Of a stretch of 64,000 nt of DNA, positions 33,385 through 44,933 are shown piece by piece (position 1 is the stretch's first letter; each line of letters opens with the position of its first letter). Under the pieces are notes generated by a model. It had not been told where the DNA came from. It saw nothing but the letters and a program-made list of their open reading frames with translations, and did no database searches. This stretch comes from an uncultured Nitrososphaerales archaeon (GTDB lineage: Archaea > Thermoproteota > Nitrososphaeria > Nitrososphaerales > Nitrososphaeraceae). The DNA is taken from positions 96,001 through 160,000 of the forward strand of contig CAVQMO010000003.1 of assembly GCA_963713605.1 (NCBI GenBank), written 5' to 3'. Made by a program: the position numbers and the translations under genes.

Positions 33385-33731
33385 TCTATTCTTTCACCCT
33401 TACGAAGGTTTCGTTGATTGTATTTCTTGGCAATACTGCAATCATCGCATCTGCAGCAACTATGAATTTCGGATTGTTTCTCATCGTTATATGTAGTTAT
33501 CATACATATAAGAACTTGCACTCTAATGTTAGCTAAAACAGAATAGAATATCAGATGGAATGTTTCGTTCAATTATGAGCATAATGATCTGGGAGGAAAA
33601 GAAGAGTAGGTTTCATCACCATTTCATGGTTAAAAATATCCGCTGTATCTAGCCCTCAATCTCTGAACCGCTCATTTTTCTATCATGCGAAAAGTAAAAA
33701 GACCTATTCACTATTTATCAAGACAGTAAAG

Positions 33732-34925
33732 TTGATCTCCTCAACTAAATTCAGTCAAGGCTTCTTTTTTATCTCAATCGGGCTATCTGTAGCACTACTT
33801 GTGGGTTTCATACAGACTAGTGTTTCTATGATAACTATGGCTAAAGGAGCCATTGAGCCAATATATATGATATCGACTAGAGATATTCTCGGATATGAAG
33901 GAGTGGAAGGTTCTGGATATGGTAACTATTCATTTTCAAATATTAGCGAATTAACGAAGCAATGTCCAAAGGAAATAGTAATCTTCGTTCATGGATGGAA
34001 TGTTGATGAAAATAAAGCCAATGAAAGGTTAGATAGAGTGAAGATGTCATTAGAGCAAAATAACTATGATAATATCTCGTTAGTAGGTTTCAGCTGGGGT
34101 TCTGACACAGAATGGCATGCTGCCGAAGCCTTAGCCAAGTGGAATGGACCTAGACTTGCAGACTTTATCTTTAATCTAATGCATAGTTGCAAACAACAAC
34201 CTGGCAATGAAGAGATGAAGATTAGAGTAGTTGGGCATTCGTTAGGAGCAAGGGTAGTCCTTAGTAGTTTAGATACTTTAAACAAGAACTCAACATGGAA
34301 CAACAAAAACTACAAGGTAACATCTGTTCACTTGCTGGGTGCTGCTGTGGATGATGAAGAAGTATCTAAGTATCCTCAAGATATTCTTGATGACCTAACC
34401 AACTGGGGAACTCTGAAATCGGACTATGGAGTTGCCATAGAAGAAGAGGTAATTAATTTTAGCAATTTGTACAACCCAGAAGATAATATTTTTCAACCAA
34501 ATTCGACATATCCATTTCTCCCTTTCCAAATATATCCTTCATTTGAGGGAGATCTAGCGCTAGGTTTCAAGGAGCAAATACTTCCGTCTACTAAATTGCC
34601 TGCAAACTATGATGAGGCAAATGTAATGAGTGAAATAGTGAATATTAGTGACGCCGATGGATTAGATGCAGAAGTTTATGGCCTCTGCAAAAATGATAAT
34701 CGCTACTGCGAGATCAAAGATGAAGGCTGGGATGATGGACTGTGCAATTTATTTCTTCCAGAACCTTTGAAGCTCTGCCAGGTCAAAACAGGTGATAATC
34801 ATGCAGGATACATAGGATTCAGGAATAACACTAACACTAACACTTCTCTTCTGGCAAACGACGGAGCAATGAATGTAGTGGTAGATCAGTGGAAAAATGC
34901 AACTTTGTCTGCAGGTTTGCGGTAA
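33732..34925 (+). CDS. secreted alpha/beta hydrolase (DUF726/DUF900-like)
   Basis: FVHGW, GHSLGA, VHLLGAA, DNHAGY. Confidence 0.85.
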   Translation: MISSTKFSQGFFFISIGLSVALLVGFIQTSVSMITMAKGAIEPIYMISTRDILGYEGVEGSGYGNYSFSNISELTKQCPKEIVIFVHGWNVDENKANERLDRVKMSLEQNNYDNISLVGFSWGSDTEWHAAEALAKWNGPRLADFIFNLMHSCKQQPGNEEMKIRVVGHSLGARVVLSSLDTLNKNSTWNNKNYKVTSVHLLGAAVDDEEVSKYPQDILDDLTNWGTLKSDYGVAIEEEVINFSNLYNPEDNIFQPNSTYPFLPFQIYPSFEGDLALGFKEQILPSTKLPANYDEANVMSEIVNISDADGLDAEVYGLCKNDNRYCEIKDEGWDDGLCNLFLPEPLKLCQVKTGDNHAGYIGFRNNTNTNTSLLANDGAMNVVVDQWKNATLSAGLR

Positions 34926-35153
34926 GTAGAACACATAAAGCAGAATTCATGGGAATACCTCGACTAGTAAATCCATCAAATTCTCGAGCATTACAATTCT
35001 CAAGTTCAGAGGTGGTAAATATAATGAATTAATTATATCACTAGTGATGTTTAGCCATCCTCAAAACTGAATTCGAAGACATGTCAATGTTTCGATCAGT
35101 TTGTCTAAATTATATAAACTAGTATTCAAGCTTACTTTATCAGTAGATAAACT

Positions 35154-36215
35154 ATGTCTGTAAAAGAAATTGGAAAAATCTCGATCACAATTCTTATGGA
35201 TAACTCAACAGATTTGTTGTTAAAAAATTCTGCTCATGCATTAAGGAGCCCTTTGATAATGAATGAGAGATTGAATTTGCCTCCTCCAGTGGCAGAACAC
35301 GGATTCTCCGCACTAATCAATATTGTAGAGGACAGCATCAGCAGGAGCAGTAGTAGTCAAAATCTGACAAAAAATACAGATGGAAATACTAATTATGCAT
35401 ATCTTTTTGATACTGGAGTTACCGAAGATGGAGTAATTCATAATGCAGATTTACTCGGTATGGATTTTAGTAATATTGATGGTATTATTCTGAGCCATGG
35501 TCATTTTGATCACGCTACTGGTCTTGTCAATATATTAAAGAGAATATCTTCTAAACGTTCATCATCCATTGATATTTTCTTGCATCCTGACGCTTTTCTA
35601 CGACGATGGTTGGTTTTGCCTGATGGAAAGAAAGCAAGGATGCCGTCATTAGACGAAAAACAACTAGAATCACTGGGAGGAACAATACATAAATCTGATA
35701 AGGCTACTACTCTTCCTACTAAAGAAAATCCTTTTCTCTTAATGACCGGTCAGATACCAAGGAAGACACGCTTTGAAAAAGGATTTCCATATCAATATGC
35801 AGAAAACTCTGACAATGATGATAGTGATGATAATCATCCTAATGAAAAAAAGAATCTAAATCTCGTTCCAGATCCATTGGTTAAAGATGATCAAGCAATA
35901 ATAGTAAATCTCAGAAAAAAGGGATTGGTTGTTCTGACTGGTTGTGGTCATGCAGGTATTATAAATACCTTAAACTATGCTAAAGATTTAACAGGAATAG
36001 ACAAAATTTATGCAATAATAGGTGGCTTTCATCTTCCTGCTGATGGTGGGATCTATGAAGAGGCAATGGATCCTACGATAGAAGAAATACAGAACACAGA
36101 TCCTGAATACATTATACCTTGTCATTGTACAGGGTGGAAAGCAACAAATAAGATAATAGATCTAATGCCAGACAAATTCATCCAAAGTGCTGTAGGCACT
36201 ACGTTTACCTTTTAA
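35154..36215 (+). CDS. MBL-fold metallohydrolase
   Basis: AEHG, FDTG, LSHGHFDH, GCGHAG, GGFHL, PCHCTG. Confidence 0.92.
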   Translation: MSVKEIGKISITILMDNSTDLLLKNSAHALRSPLIMNERLNLPPPVAEHGFSALINIVEDSISRSSSSQNLTKNTDGNTNYAYLFDTGVTEDGVIHNADLLGMDFSNIDGIILSHGHFDHATGLVNILKRISSKRSSSIDIFLHPDAFLRRWLVLPDGKKARMPSLDEKQLESLGGTIHKSDKATTLPTKENPFLLMTGQIPRKTRFEKGFPYQYAENSDNDDSDDNHPNEKKNLNLVPDPLVKDDQAIIVNLRKKGLVVLTGCGHAGIINTLNYAKDLTGIDKIYAIIGGFHLPADGGIYEEAMDPTIEEIQNTDPEYIIPCHCTGWKATNKIIDLMPDKFIQSAVGTTFTF

Positions 36216-36255
36216 TGAAGGGCTTTGAGGGTTAAAATATATTATTGAAATCTAG

Positions 36256-36464
36256 GGAATAGAACTTAAATTGGTTTTTCCAAATAAATGTTATTATTGC
36301 ACGACAAAGGGTTTCGACTCGACCGATGAGTATGAACGTCACATTGTAACTAGACATCCAAACTTACCTGGTTACCCCGGTCCTGCAGATATCATATTCT
36401 AAGGTTTAGAAAAACAAGGTATGCCATGGGAACGAGAAATAAAAAATGACATAGAATGGAACTA
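36256..36464 (+). pseudogene. C2H2 Zn-finger C-terminal remnant
   Basis: CYYC...YERHIVTRHP..PGYPG.AD..*GLEKQGMPWE, with an internal stop and no ATG start. Confidence 0.55.
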
Positions 36465-36733
36465 GTTCATATTTTGATTACTGATGTGACCTAGGTAAAT
36501 CATAATCCCTCCAGAAATGTTCTTGTGCTAAATCGAAGTATACAACGTTAAAAAATTTCTATCAGGTTTTTGTAAGGCATTTTAAGAGTACGGATTGAGA
36601 CAGTGACAAGTTGCATCTTGGCACATATCGATTCATATTTATATTTAGAAGCGTTTCAGCGAGGACAGTGATAATCACTATACTTTTGATCCCTTATATA
36701 CTTATAAAGTATACTTTATTTATTATTGCCGGT

Positions 36734-37228
36734 ATGCAGAAAATAATTCCATGTTTGTGGTTCGATGATAAGGCGGAGGAGGCAGCGAAGTTTTATGCCT
36801 CAATTTTCAAAAATTCAAAGATTGGCGACGTTACCCATTATGGAAAAGAGGGATATGAGATTCACGGAAGGGAAGAGGGATCGGTGTTGACTGTGGAGTT
36901 TGAAATTGAAGGGCAAAAATTTGTAGCTCTCAATGGTGGCCCGATATTTAAATTCAACGAAGCCATCTCATTCCAGGTACATTGCCAGACTCAAGAAGAA
37001 GTGAACTATTATTGGGAGAAACTTTCCGAGGGTGGCGATGAAAAAGCGCAGCAGTGCGGTTGGCTCAAGGACAAATATGGGGTTTCGTGGCAAATTGTTC
37101 CAATTATTTTGATCAAGATGCTAAAAGACAAGAACGCTGAGAAATCAGAAAGAGTCATGAAGGTCATGCTTCAAATGCATAAGCTCGATCTAAATATTCT
37201 CGAACAAGCATACGAAGGAAAACAATAA
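36734..37228 (+). CDS. VOC/PhnB-like protein
   Basis: MQKIIPCLWF, ALNGGP.FKFNEAIS, CGWLKDKYGVSWQ. Confidence 0.92.
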   Translation: MQKIIPCLWFDDKAEEAAKFYASIFKNSKIGDVTHYGKEGYEIHGREEGSVLTVEFEIEGQKFVALNGGPIFKFNEAISFQVHCQTQEEVNYYWEKLSEGGDEKAQQCGWLKDKYGVSWQIVPIILIKMLKDKNAEKSERVMKVMLQMHKLDLNILEQAYEGKQ

Positions 37229-37577
37229 CCAGAAAAATAGTAGCAACTCTGCAAAACGTCGGTGGTGGACAGTTTCACTTATGAACTCGATGACGAATTT
37301 AGTTGGGTAATAATGGAGTGTGTGTCCATAACTGAATACTACGATATAATTTCAATTGTTTGATATCCTATTTCTATTAGTTTGTATTCTATTTTTACAT
37401 TCCAAAAAGCACAATATGATAACAAGTAATTCTTTATCATGCTTAGAAATTAGCTAACAGGTATTTTCTGTTCTAATGCAAATGCATAGAACAAAGATTA
37501 TAAAAAAGAATCTTTATTGGTTGAATTGACTGACTATAAAGAAGAATCAAATTTATCGTGAAGATTGCCTTACCTTC

Positions 37578-38387
37578 ATGACCAAAATGAGGAATGAGAA
37601 GCTTTTTATAGACGCCATTGTGACCTCTCCTCCCTATAATATAAACAAGGAATATGGGGTTTACAGAGATAACAAAGAGAGAAATGATTACCTATCGTGG
37701 TTAAGATTAGTTGCTCAGGCAAGTACGTCTATTTTGAAAGATGACGGCTCATTTTTTCTGAATATAGCTGGCAGACCAATTGATCCAACTCTTCCATTCC
37801 ATGTTGCTAATCAATTTCTAGATTTTGGCTATACGCTACAGAATACGATCCATTGGATTAAATCCATATCATTTGACCGAGAGGATATTGGGAAGAATAA
37901 TGAACTCTATGAAAATGAAACTATTTCAATAGGCCATTTTAAACCTATAGTTAGTGACCGATATCTCAGCGACCTACAAGAATACATCTTTCATTTTAGT
38001 AAAACTGGAAATGTGAAACTGAATAAGCTCAGCGTAGGAGTTAAGTATCAAGATAAAAGTAACATAGGAAGGTGGAAATCTGCAACACAAGATAAACGCG
38101 ACAGAGGTAATGTTTGGTTTATACCTTATCCAACGATACGGAAAGAGAGACCACATCCAGCCGTCTTCCCTATTAAGCTACCCGAACGCTGTATAAAGTT
38201 GCATGGCATTAGAAGGAATATGCTCGTTTATGACCCATTTATGGGAATAGGAAGTACTGCATTGGCCTGTCTTCGACTTGGGATTGATTACATTGGTACG
38301 GAGATTGATCCTCAATATATCAAAGTCGCGGAGGATCAGATATTAGGAAACTTGCAAACATACCTTACGAGAAATGATATTGAATAA
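37578..38387 (+). CDS. orphan beta-class DNA methyltransferase (SPPY, likely N4-C); homology extends ~45 nt upstream
   Basis: TSPPYN precedes HPAVFP and DPFMGIGST, GTEID; upstream in-frame IYREDCL; no adjacent restriction endonuclease. Confidence 0.92.
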   Translation: MTKMRNEKLFIDAIVTSPPYNINKEYGVYRDNKERNDYLSWLRLVAQASTSILKDDGSFFLNIAGRPIDPTLPFHVANQFLDFGYTLQNTIHWIKSISFDREDIGKNNELYENETISIGHFKPIVSDRYLSDLQEYIFHFSKTGNVKLNKLSVGVKYQDKSNIGRWKSATQDKRDRGNVWFIPYPTIRKERPHPAVFPIKLPERCIKLHGIRRNMLVYDPFMGIGSTALACLRLGIDYIGTEIDPQYIKVAEDQILGNLQTYLTRNDIE

Positions 38388-38676
38388 AATTGCTCAGATA
38401 AAGAAAACAACTAGATCGATGCTTCTGTTCTATCCTGCCAACATCTACAGCAGAATTCCCCATTGAATTAAAATATTTCTGCTGACTTTTTCTTGCATGC
38501 AATACACGCGCACAATACAAATCGAGCTAATATTACCAACTAATCATAAAAAGGATCCTAAGGTCCGAAGCTTATAACTTTGTAACAGAAGATCTAGAAA
38601 CTAAGCGTAAGAAGTCTATGGTTTTATGACGAAAGGATATGCATTGAACCAAAAAATATGGAAGGAAAGGCATCGC

Positions 38677-38844
38677 TTACTTATTTTCTAATTCCTTTAT
38701 TCTTTCCGTTACTCCTTGAACTTCTCTTTCCAGGTCATCCTTGTACTCTTTTAGCATTGAAACCTTTTCTTCTCTGGTTAAAAAGCTTCTTACCTTTCCA
38801 AAGTCTCTACCACTGCTACCACAACCACAGTTTCCATATGTCAT
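38677..38844 (-). CDS. small Cys/Gly plus coiled-coil protein (DUF5320-like)
   Basis: CGCG...RSFLTREEK..L.EY...LE.E...V.ERI.EL. Confidence 0.75.
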   Translation of the reverse strand: MTYGNCGCGSSGRDFGKVRSFLTREEKVSMLKEYKDDLEREVQGVTERIKELENK

Positions 38845-38878
38845 ATTGGCTATACGATATATGTAATAAGATGTATTT

Positions 38879-38904
38879 ATATATATCGGATATCCTATAT
38901 ACAT
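38879..38904. promoter_or_regulatory. imperfect palindrome, candidate PadR operator
   Basis: TATATcGGATATCCtATATA core in the 64-bp gap between divergent genes. Confidence 0.55.
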
Positions 38905-38908
38905 AATC

Positions 38909-39217
38909 ATGCCCAGATACGGGGACGAAGAATGTTGTGACATGAGAGGGATGTTAGGATTTCTGATCCTTTTTTTACTATCTAAGAAGCCGATGCATGG
39001 TCAGGAAATAGCAGATGAGCTGGCAAAACGAAGAGGCGACAAGCCAAGTCCAGGAACGATTTATCCCGCTCTTAAGAGTCTTAAGTATGCGGGGTTCTTG
39101 CATGAGGAAGAGAAGGTAGGCAAAACCATAACCTATAGCCTTACACCTAGGGGTATGAAGGCCTTCCACATTGCCAAGAGAAGATTTACAAGGACTTTTC
39201 TTGGAGTACTCAACTGA
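38909..39217 (+). CDS. PadR-family regulator
   Basis: PMHGQEI, PSPGTIYPALK.L, YSLTPRG. Confidence 0.9.
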   Translation: MPRYGDEECCDMRGMLGFLILFLLSKKPMHGQEIADELAKRRGDKPSPGTIYPALKSLKYAGFLHEEEKVGKTITYSLTPRGMKAFHIAKRRFTRTFLGVLN

Positions 39218-39547
39218 ATAGTAATCTAAATGGGATAACGTTCAAAGGTTATTGCTATTTGTACCTGGATATATAGCTGAGAAGTGTTGTATTTTGATAA
39301 CTTGATCGTTTCGTCAGTTTGTGTGTCATCATTAATATAACCATACACAACAAACCAATCTCGATCCCCGATTCAGTTCACATGCCAATTCATTTTCTAG
39401 CGATCAGATTTCTCCTAGTATTTATGATGTAAATTTACATATAATTAGCTAAACTGTTATCAAAGTATGTTGATGATCCAATGAACTTCCCATAGTAAAT
39501 GCCGGCAACGAGATCTGGTTTTGCATATTTCTGAAACAGAAAAGTGT

Positions 39548-39603
39548 GAGTGTTAAACAAAATGATATTAGATCGAGTGTTAAACAAATTGATACTAGAT
39601 CGA
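39548..39603. repeat. 27-bp tandem duplication
   Basis: GAGTGTTAAACAAAATGATATTAGATC / GAGTGTTAAACAAATTGATACTAGATC. Confidence 0.8.
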
Positions 39604-40574
39604 TTTTGCGTTTGACCCCAGATGGAACGGAGATTCGAACCTACACAAAAAGGATTTTTTGTTCTTAAGCATTTAGTCTTAACCTTACTATTTCAGAAAT
39701 CTTACTTAGGTTTGGTTGAATTCATCATTCATGACAGAACACTATCATGATTTTCTCATTTAAGTAGATTAAGTTCAACCACATATTGACCATTCTAGGT
39801 ACCTGAGATACTCAACCACATATTGAGATACCCCGATGTCTGATAATTCTTTTGATATCCTGGGCCCATTTGAGCGCCTATTTTTGCCCAGAAGAGCAAG
39901 TATGCCTCTATCTATGTTGTCGAAGCTCACCATTAATACCTATGTAAAAACAGATTAAATAAAATTTAATACATAACCGATTCTTGTTGCCTATAAACAT
40001 AATGATACCACCTTCAATATATGGTATTCATGTTAACTGGTTTAACTTTCAAACTATCTGGTTCGATGATGACAAGAACAAAATATTCTCTTCCTTTTGA
40101 TCACTAAAACCTCAAAGAAAGCACAGAACATTCTAAGGAAGTCAAAAAGCTACTTTTCTGTTGATGAAGCAAAACTGTGCAACGATGTTGAAGGTAATGG
40201 CTAGGCAATGAAATTGAAAGATGTAAGAAAAGTGCAAATTACCGAAAAGAAGATTTTGTTGCAACTGTCACACTGACCATGAGTATATATGGATAGTTAT
40301 CGGTTCAGGAATTTGATAAGAGAAAAGTCTGTTAAAAATCAAACTTATGACTATCAAATATATGCCATTCCTTGCGTATTGAGAAAATACGCCTTTTTTG
40401 TTTTTGCCTTACAAATTAAATTCACTTGGAATAATGGATGACAACTGCCTTAACTCTGATATTTAGATTTTTATGAATGTTAATTCCTTTTCGAGACTTG
40501 CAATTGTCTTACATCTCATTTCTAGTATTAGATAATGTATAAATCATAAAGATGTCATTGAGAAAAATAAGATT

Positions 40575-41966
40575 ATGACAGGTTTACATTCCATACTAAT
40601 ACTTCCATTTTGTATAGTTTCGTTAATAGTGATAACAGGGGAAGCTGATATCCTGGCTGAGAATTTAACTGGTCTTGATATCAAGTCTTTATCTTTTCAA
40701 AATACAGATATTGGAAATGAAATATTATTACTGGATGGTGCTACATTGATTGATGGAAACGGCGGTCCCCCAAAAGCTGATTCGGTAATAGTAATCGACG
40801 ACAACAAAAAAATAATTGTAATAACTAATCAGACTAATTTTCGTGAAAATTCATTGCCATTAAAGAATGATGAAGGTGGATCACAAATTACCAAAAGAGT
40901 TCTCAACCTAACTGGGAAATATATAATGCCTGGCCTTTTCGATATGCATGCTCATGTAGCAGGAGTGCGAAAGAACTCCTATGATCAGTCTACATCCGAA
41001 GAAATGCTTGGAATGCTTTTAAATTATGGAGTTACCACGGTTAGAAATCCCGGGGGCCCTACTAATGAAACAGTACACCTAAAAAAAGAGGTCCTTAATG
41101 GAAATGTAAGTGGTCCTGAAATTTTTACAGCTGGTAGACTTCTAAATACTCCTGAATTTCCTGTACCATTTGTAGAAAAACAAGTTACTACTGACGAGGA
41201 GATTAGAGAGGAAATTCGTAACCAGGCAGCAGCAGGTGTAGATTACGTCAAGTTATACGTTGGACTGAAACCAGATCTAGTAAAAGCAGCAGTGGATGAA
41301 GCTCATAGGCAAGGCATAAAAGTTATCGGACATCTTTATCTTACATCTTGGACTGACGCTGCAAATCTTGGAATTGATTTCTTGACCCATGGAGTCCCCG
41401 TATCCCCTTTCTTATTGCCAGAAGATGAGCAGAGAATCTTTAATCGTACTAGTGGAGGTCCATTCGATCATTCCTTATGGGTTGATCTGCTGGACCTTAA
41501 TAGTATTGAGATTAGACATATGATAGAAAGCTTGGTCCAGAACCAGATACCAGTGGATCCTACTTTGAATGTTTATGAAGCAATTTTTGTTGGACAAGGT
41601 TTTGCTGATCCTCAAAATGAGCTGCGTTGGAGTAAAGTCCTACAACTTACAAAGATGATGCATGAAAGAGGGGTAAAAATCCTATCAGGCACAGATATAC
41701 CGAACTTCGAACTTGTTCCAGGAGAAAGTCTACATCATGAGCTAGAATTGTTGGTTGAGGCAGGTATCAATACATCGGACGTTATTAAGATTGCTACTAA
41801 GAATGGAGCAGAGGCACTTGATTTGATGAATCAGACAGGCACTCTCGAACCTGGCAAACAAGGAGATATCCTAATTCTGTCAGCAAATCCTATTGAAGAT
41901 ATAGAGAATAGTAAGAGGATTGACATAGTCATTTCTAATGGTAGGATTGTAGAAAAATCAAATTGA
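40575..41966 (+). CDS. secreted amidohydrolase-family protein
   Basis: MPGLFDMHAH, GVTTVR, YVKLY, IGH, SGTD, ATKNGA, GTLEPGK. Confidence 0.92.
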   Translation: MTGLHSILILPFCIVSLIVITGEADILAENLTGLDIKSLSFQNTDIGNEILLLDGATLIDGNGGPPKADSVIVIDDNKKIIVITNQTNFRENSLPLKNDEGGSQITKRVLNLTGKYIMPGLFDMHAHVAGVRKNSYDQSTSEEMLGMLLNYGVTTVRNPGGPTNETVHLKKEVLNGNVSGPEIFTAGRLLNTPEFPVPFVEKQVTTDEEIREEIRNQAAAGVDYVKLYVGLKPDLVKAAVDEAHRQGIKVIGHLYLTSWTDAANLGIDFLTHGVPVSPFLLPEDEQRIFNRTSGGPFDHSLWVDLLDLNSIEIRHMIESLVQNQIPVDPTLNVYEAIFVGQGFADPQNELRWSKVLQLTKMMHERGVKILSGTDIPNFELVPGESLHHELELLVEAGINTSDVIKIATKNGAEALDLMNQTGTLEPGKQGDILILSANPIEDIENSKRIDIVISNGRIVEKSN

Positions 41967-42283
41967 GTTCAGATTGGAGGAGCGAAACCCTTTGTCCTTT
42001 AAGACTTAGAGAAGCCCCATGAACAGGAAGTGAAATCTGTCCATTTCCAATTCCCAAAAACACTGAGTAAACTTCCCGTTCGGATCAAATTCACCTTCCA
42101 ATTTTCCAATCAAGCTATTCAAAAACGATAGCTTTTGACGACATGCTAAAGAATACGGGAGGCTAACCTCAGCAACATAATCAATAAATGAAACAAAGTT
42201 TCATATGCTGTCATGCAAATTGTTATTATGGCGCTTAACGCTGTGCGTCTAGCTTATATAATACTCCCTTAGCTAAGAGAACT

Positions 42284-42958
42284 ATGATAAAATCAGACTT
42301 TATTGCTTGTGGTACAGCTGTGGTTGCTATTTTATTAACTGTAGGCCTCTCTATCGTTCCAATCACAGTAACAGCCCAGAATACGGGTAACGTTACCACT
42401 GATATTCTTACTACAACTAAGAATATTCATAATACTACTCTTCCGGGGGATACGATTGTACATCGTGGTATAATCTCTTCTGAAGAGCCCGCTCATCTGG
42501 TCTTACGTTCAGGTGAAAAAAATCATGGCGTAGAAATTCTGCCCCACCGACCAGATGGCGCAACATATTCAGGTATTCTGACTTTCACGGCTACAAAGCC
42601 TGTCGAGGTGGGATTTGGTCACAGACTTCACGTAGATAATTCTACTCTTTCACAATTTGAAACTGAGAAGCTGGGCGATCTTTATAGACGCCATCATGTC
42701 AACAGTAGTGAGCACATCACACCTGGTATCATATCGGTTCCATCCCGTATCATACCTGACTATGGAGTCTCACCACCCTATTTCTCTGCCTCAATTCCAT
42801 TTGTAGGTAGTTCCGTATTTCTTACAACAACTGGAGAGCCATTCGTCGCAGTCTACGAAGTGGTTGCTGATGTTCTGCAACCTCAATTAGTTGTGGATAT
42901 AGATAGTACAAATATCACTAACTCTGACACTTCTGGGACTTCAAATGCTGAGAACTGA
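42284..42958 (+). CDS. secreted hypothetical protein
   Basis: Signal peptide ending VTA; His-containing beta-rich body. Confidence 0.75.
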   Translation: MIKSDFIACGTAVVAILLTVGLSIVPITVTAQNTGNVTTDILTTTKNIHNTTLPGDTIVHRGIISSEEPAHLVLRSGEKNHGVEILPHRPDGATYSGILTFTATKPVEVGFGHRLHVDNSTLSQFETEKLGDLYRRHHVNSSEHITPGIISVPSRIIPDYGVSPPYFSASIPFVGSSVFLTTTGEPFVAVYEVVADVLQPQLVVDIDSTNITNSDTSGTSNAEN

Positions 42959-43179
42959 AGTATATGATTTATGAATTGAGATAAGACCCCCCCGCAGGAG
43001 AGCGCAAATGATGATATCGTGAATTAGCAAAGTCAGATTTATAATATATGATGGGCATGGTATTGGTGCTCCCTATCAGTAAATGAATCATTTCTCAAAT
43101 GAAGAGGTTCTTATCAGAGCAATGGTATTGACTAATCATGTAGCACTTAAATACTAGTCCAGCTGACTCGTATAATAGA

Positions 43180-43483
43180 ATGCAAACACAAGCATACATA
43201 CTAGCAATAGTACTTCTGAGTACAATCGTGGCATCTTTGTCTGTTGGCAACTCAATGGTGTATAGTAGTAGTGATGACGATGATGACGACGACGATGAGA
43301 ATAATGATGAGAACGACCCATGTTATAAAGCTGGCTTCGCAGACTGGACGCAATGGCTCATTCAATCAAACTCAACAAAGTAGTTGTGGTAGCACCGGCC
43401 AGGCATACTATGAGGGCTTCATATCGGGCTGCATATCATCTGGTGGCGGAGACTATTCTGCCTGTGACGCAAAGACAGGATAA
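43180..43483 (+). CDS. small secreted acidic four-Cys protein (frameshift near 43345)
   Basis: Signal peptide, poly-Asp and CYKAGFAD join GRNG...C...YYEGFISGC...C. Confidence 0.7.
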
Positions 43484-44132
43484 TAGCTAACTTCCTATTT
43501 TTATTATTTATTCAAATTGGATCTATGGATAGTGGTTAGTCTTGTTCATAATGGCGGTACTTATACATGACCATTCGAAATTACAAATCAAAAATAAAGT
43601 CTTAAAGATAAAATGTGCTACTAGTGGTGAAATGTTTGCCTGAACTAAATCTTGATACATATCCATCATGTTTAGAACAAAGTCATAGCCATCATGAACA
43701 TGGAAGCGGTAGCAGTATGTGCGGTCGCGACATTGGCCACTAATTTCTTACTGCCTATTCTAAACATCAAACTAGCTTAGTCAAGATCCTTCACATAAGA
43801 CTAATGAAAGTCTGTTTCAAATGGGCTCCCTGAGTTACAACTATACTCTTTGTTTCCTGTCGAAAGGTTCCAGGGGAATTCACTGTCAACAATTATGGTT
43901 TATTTATATCAGATGATTCAGGCAATTCGGGGAAGAATTTAGTTACTCTGTGGCCAACAGAATATCTTTTATAAACTCCATGGGGCAGATCATACTATAT
44001 TTGCTGTCAATATTTTGAACATAGAATTGAAGCTCATGATGAAAAAGATAACAAAGGATCCGGCGCCTGTCAGAGGTAGAAAGCTGAAGTCATGGCCCAT
44101 AAAGACAATAAACATAATAAAATAGGGAAAGA

Positions 44133-44339
44133 CTAAACTGATACGAGTTTGTTCTCTAACACAGCAACTGGCTTTTCCTCGACCGCAGTTATATTTTCCC
44201 AGCCGTGTAGGTGTTGTCCGCCTTCCTCCTTCATAGAAGCCTTAACTAGGTCCATAAAGGATTCTCCTTCTAACACTTTAGAACACAACAGGCATTTCCA
44301 TTTCCCATGTTTTTTTCTGACACAGTATAACGATGTCAT
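44133..44339 (-). CDS. small Zn-finger-like protein
   Basis: WKCLLC...HLH. Confidence 0.55.
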   Translation of the reverse strand: MTSLYCVRKKHGKWKCLLCSKVLEGESFMDLVKASMKEEGGQHLHGWENITAVEEKPVAVLENKLVSV

Positions 44340-44933
44340 CGCTTATCAATAGTTTGGAAATAATACTATGATAATATCAGAAATTGGAGACTTTGAAACT
44401 ATTTGTGTTAATGCAAGGTGGTAGTAGTGATAGTAGAAGTACCTCCGACTCAGAGGAATTAGGTACACTTACTTCATACTGTGCCTGCATTAACAAGTGT
44501 AAGCATGATATTCGAAGATAGGCTAGGTTGGGACTTCTATCACGACAATGACGATTAAGCTGATTAGAATCCCACATTAAACAAACAAAACACAGATGAT
44601 CTTACCATACTATCAGGTCTTGAACTGTCGGAATACATCCTATTGAGACTCAGAAACAAGTACAACTTATCTGCCTAATGGGTTTGAAACAAAATAATAG
44701 ACTGTACACCTCAGTATCTGACTAAAATTGGATTAAGCGTGGATGGGGTATGCGGTCAAGAGTATGTAAGATACCAATCCGGCTTCTCAAGCCTGGTAAT
44801 CTCATAATCAATCTCCCATCTCATGCTTGATTGTGGGCGTTTAGACCACGAAGCATTGCCAGAATGTGTTGTTCGAATGTAGTATTATACCTCACATTAT
44901 ATTAACCAAGGATGATATTAGAATATAAAAAAT

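Noticed and set aside
39620..39646. tRNA T-loop-like GGTTCGAATC on the minus strand
   Set aside because: The T-stem arms do not pair and I could not build a cloverleaf.
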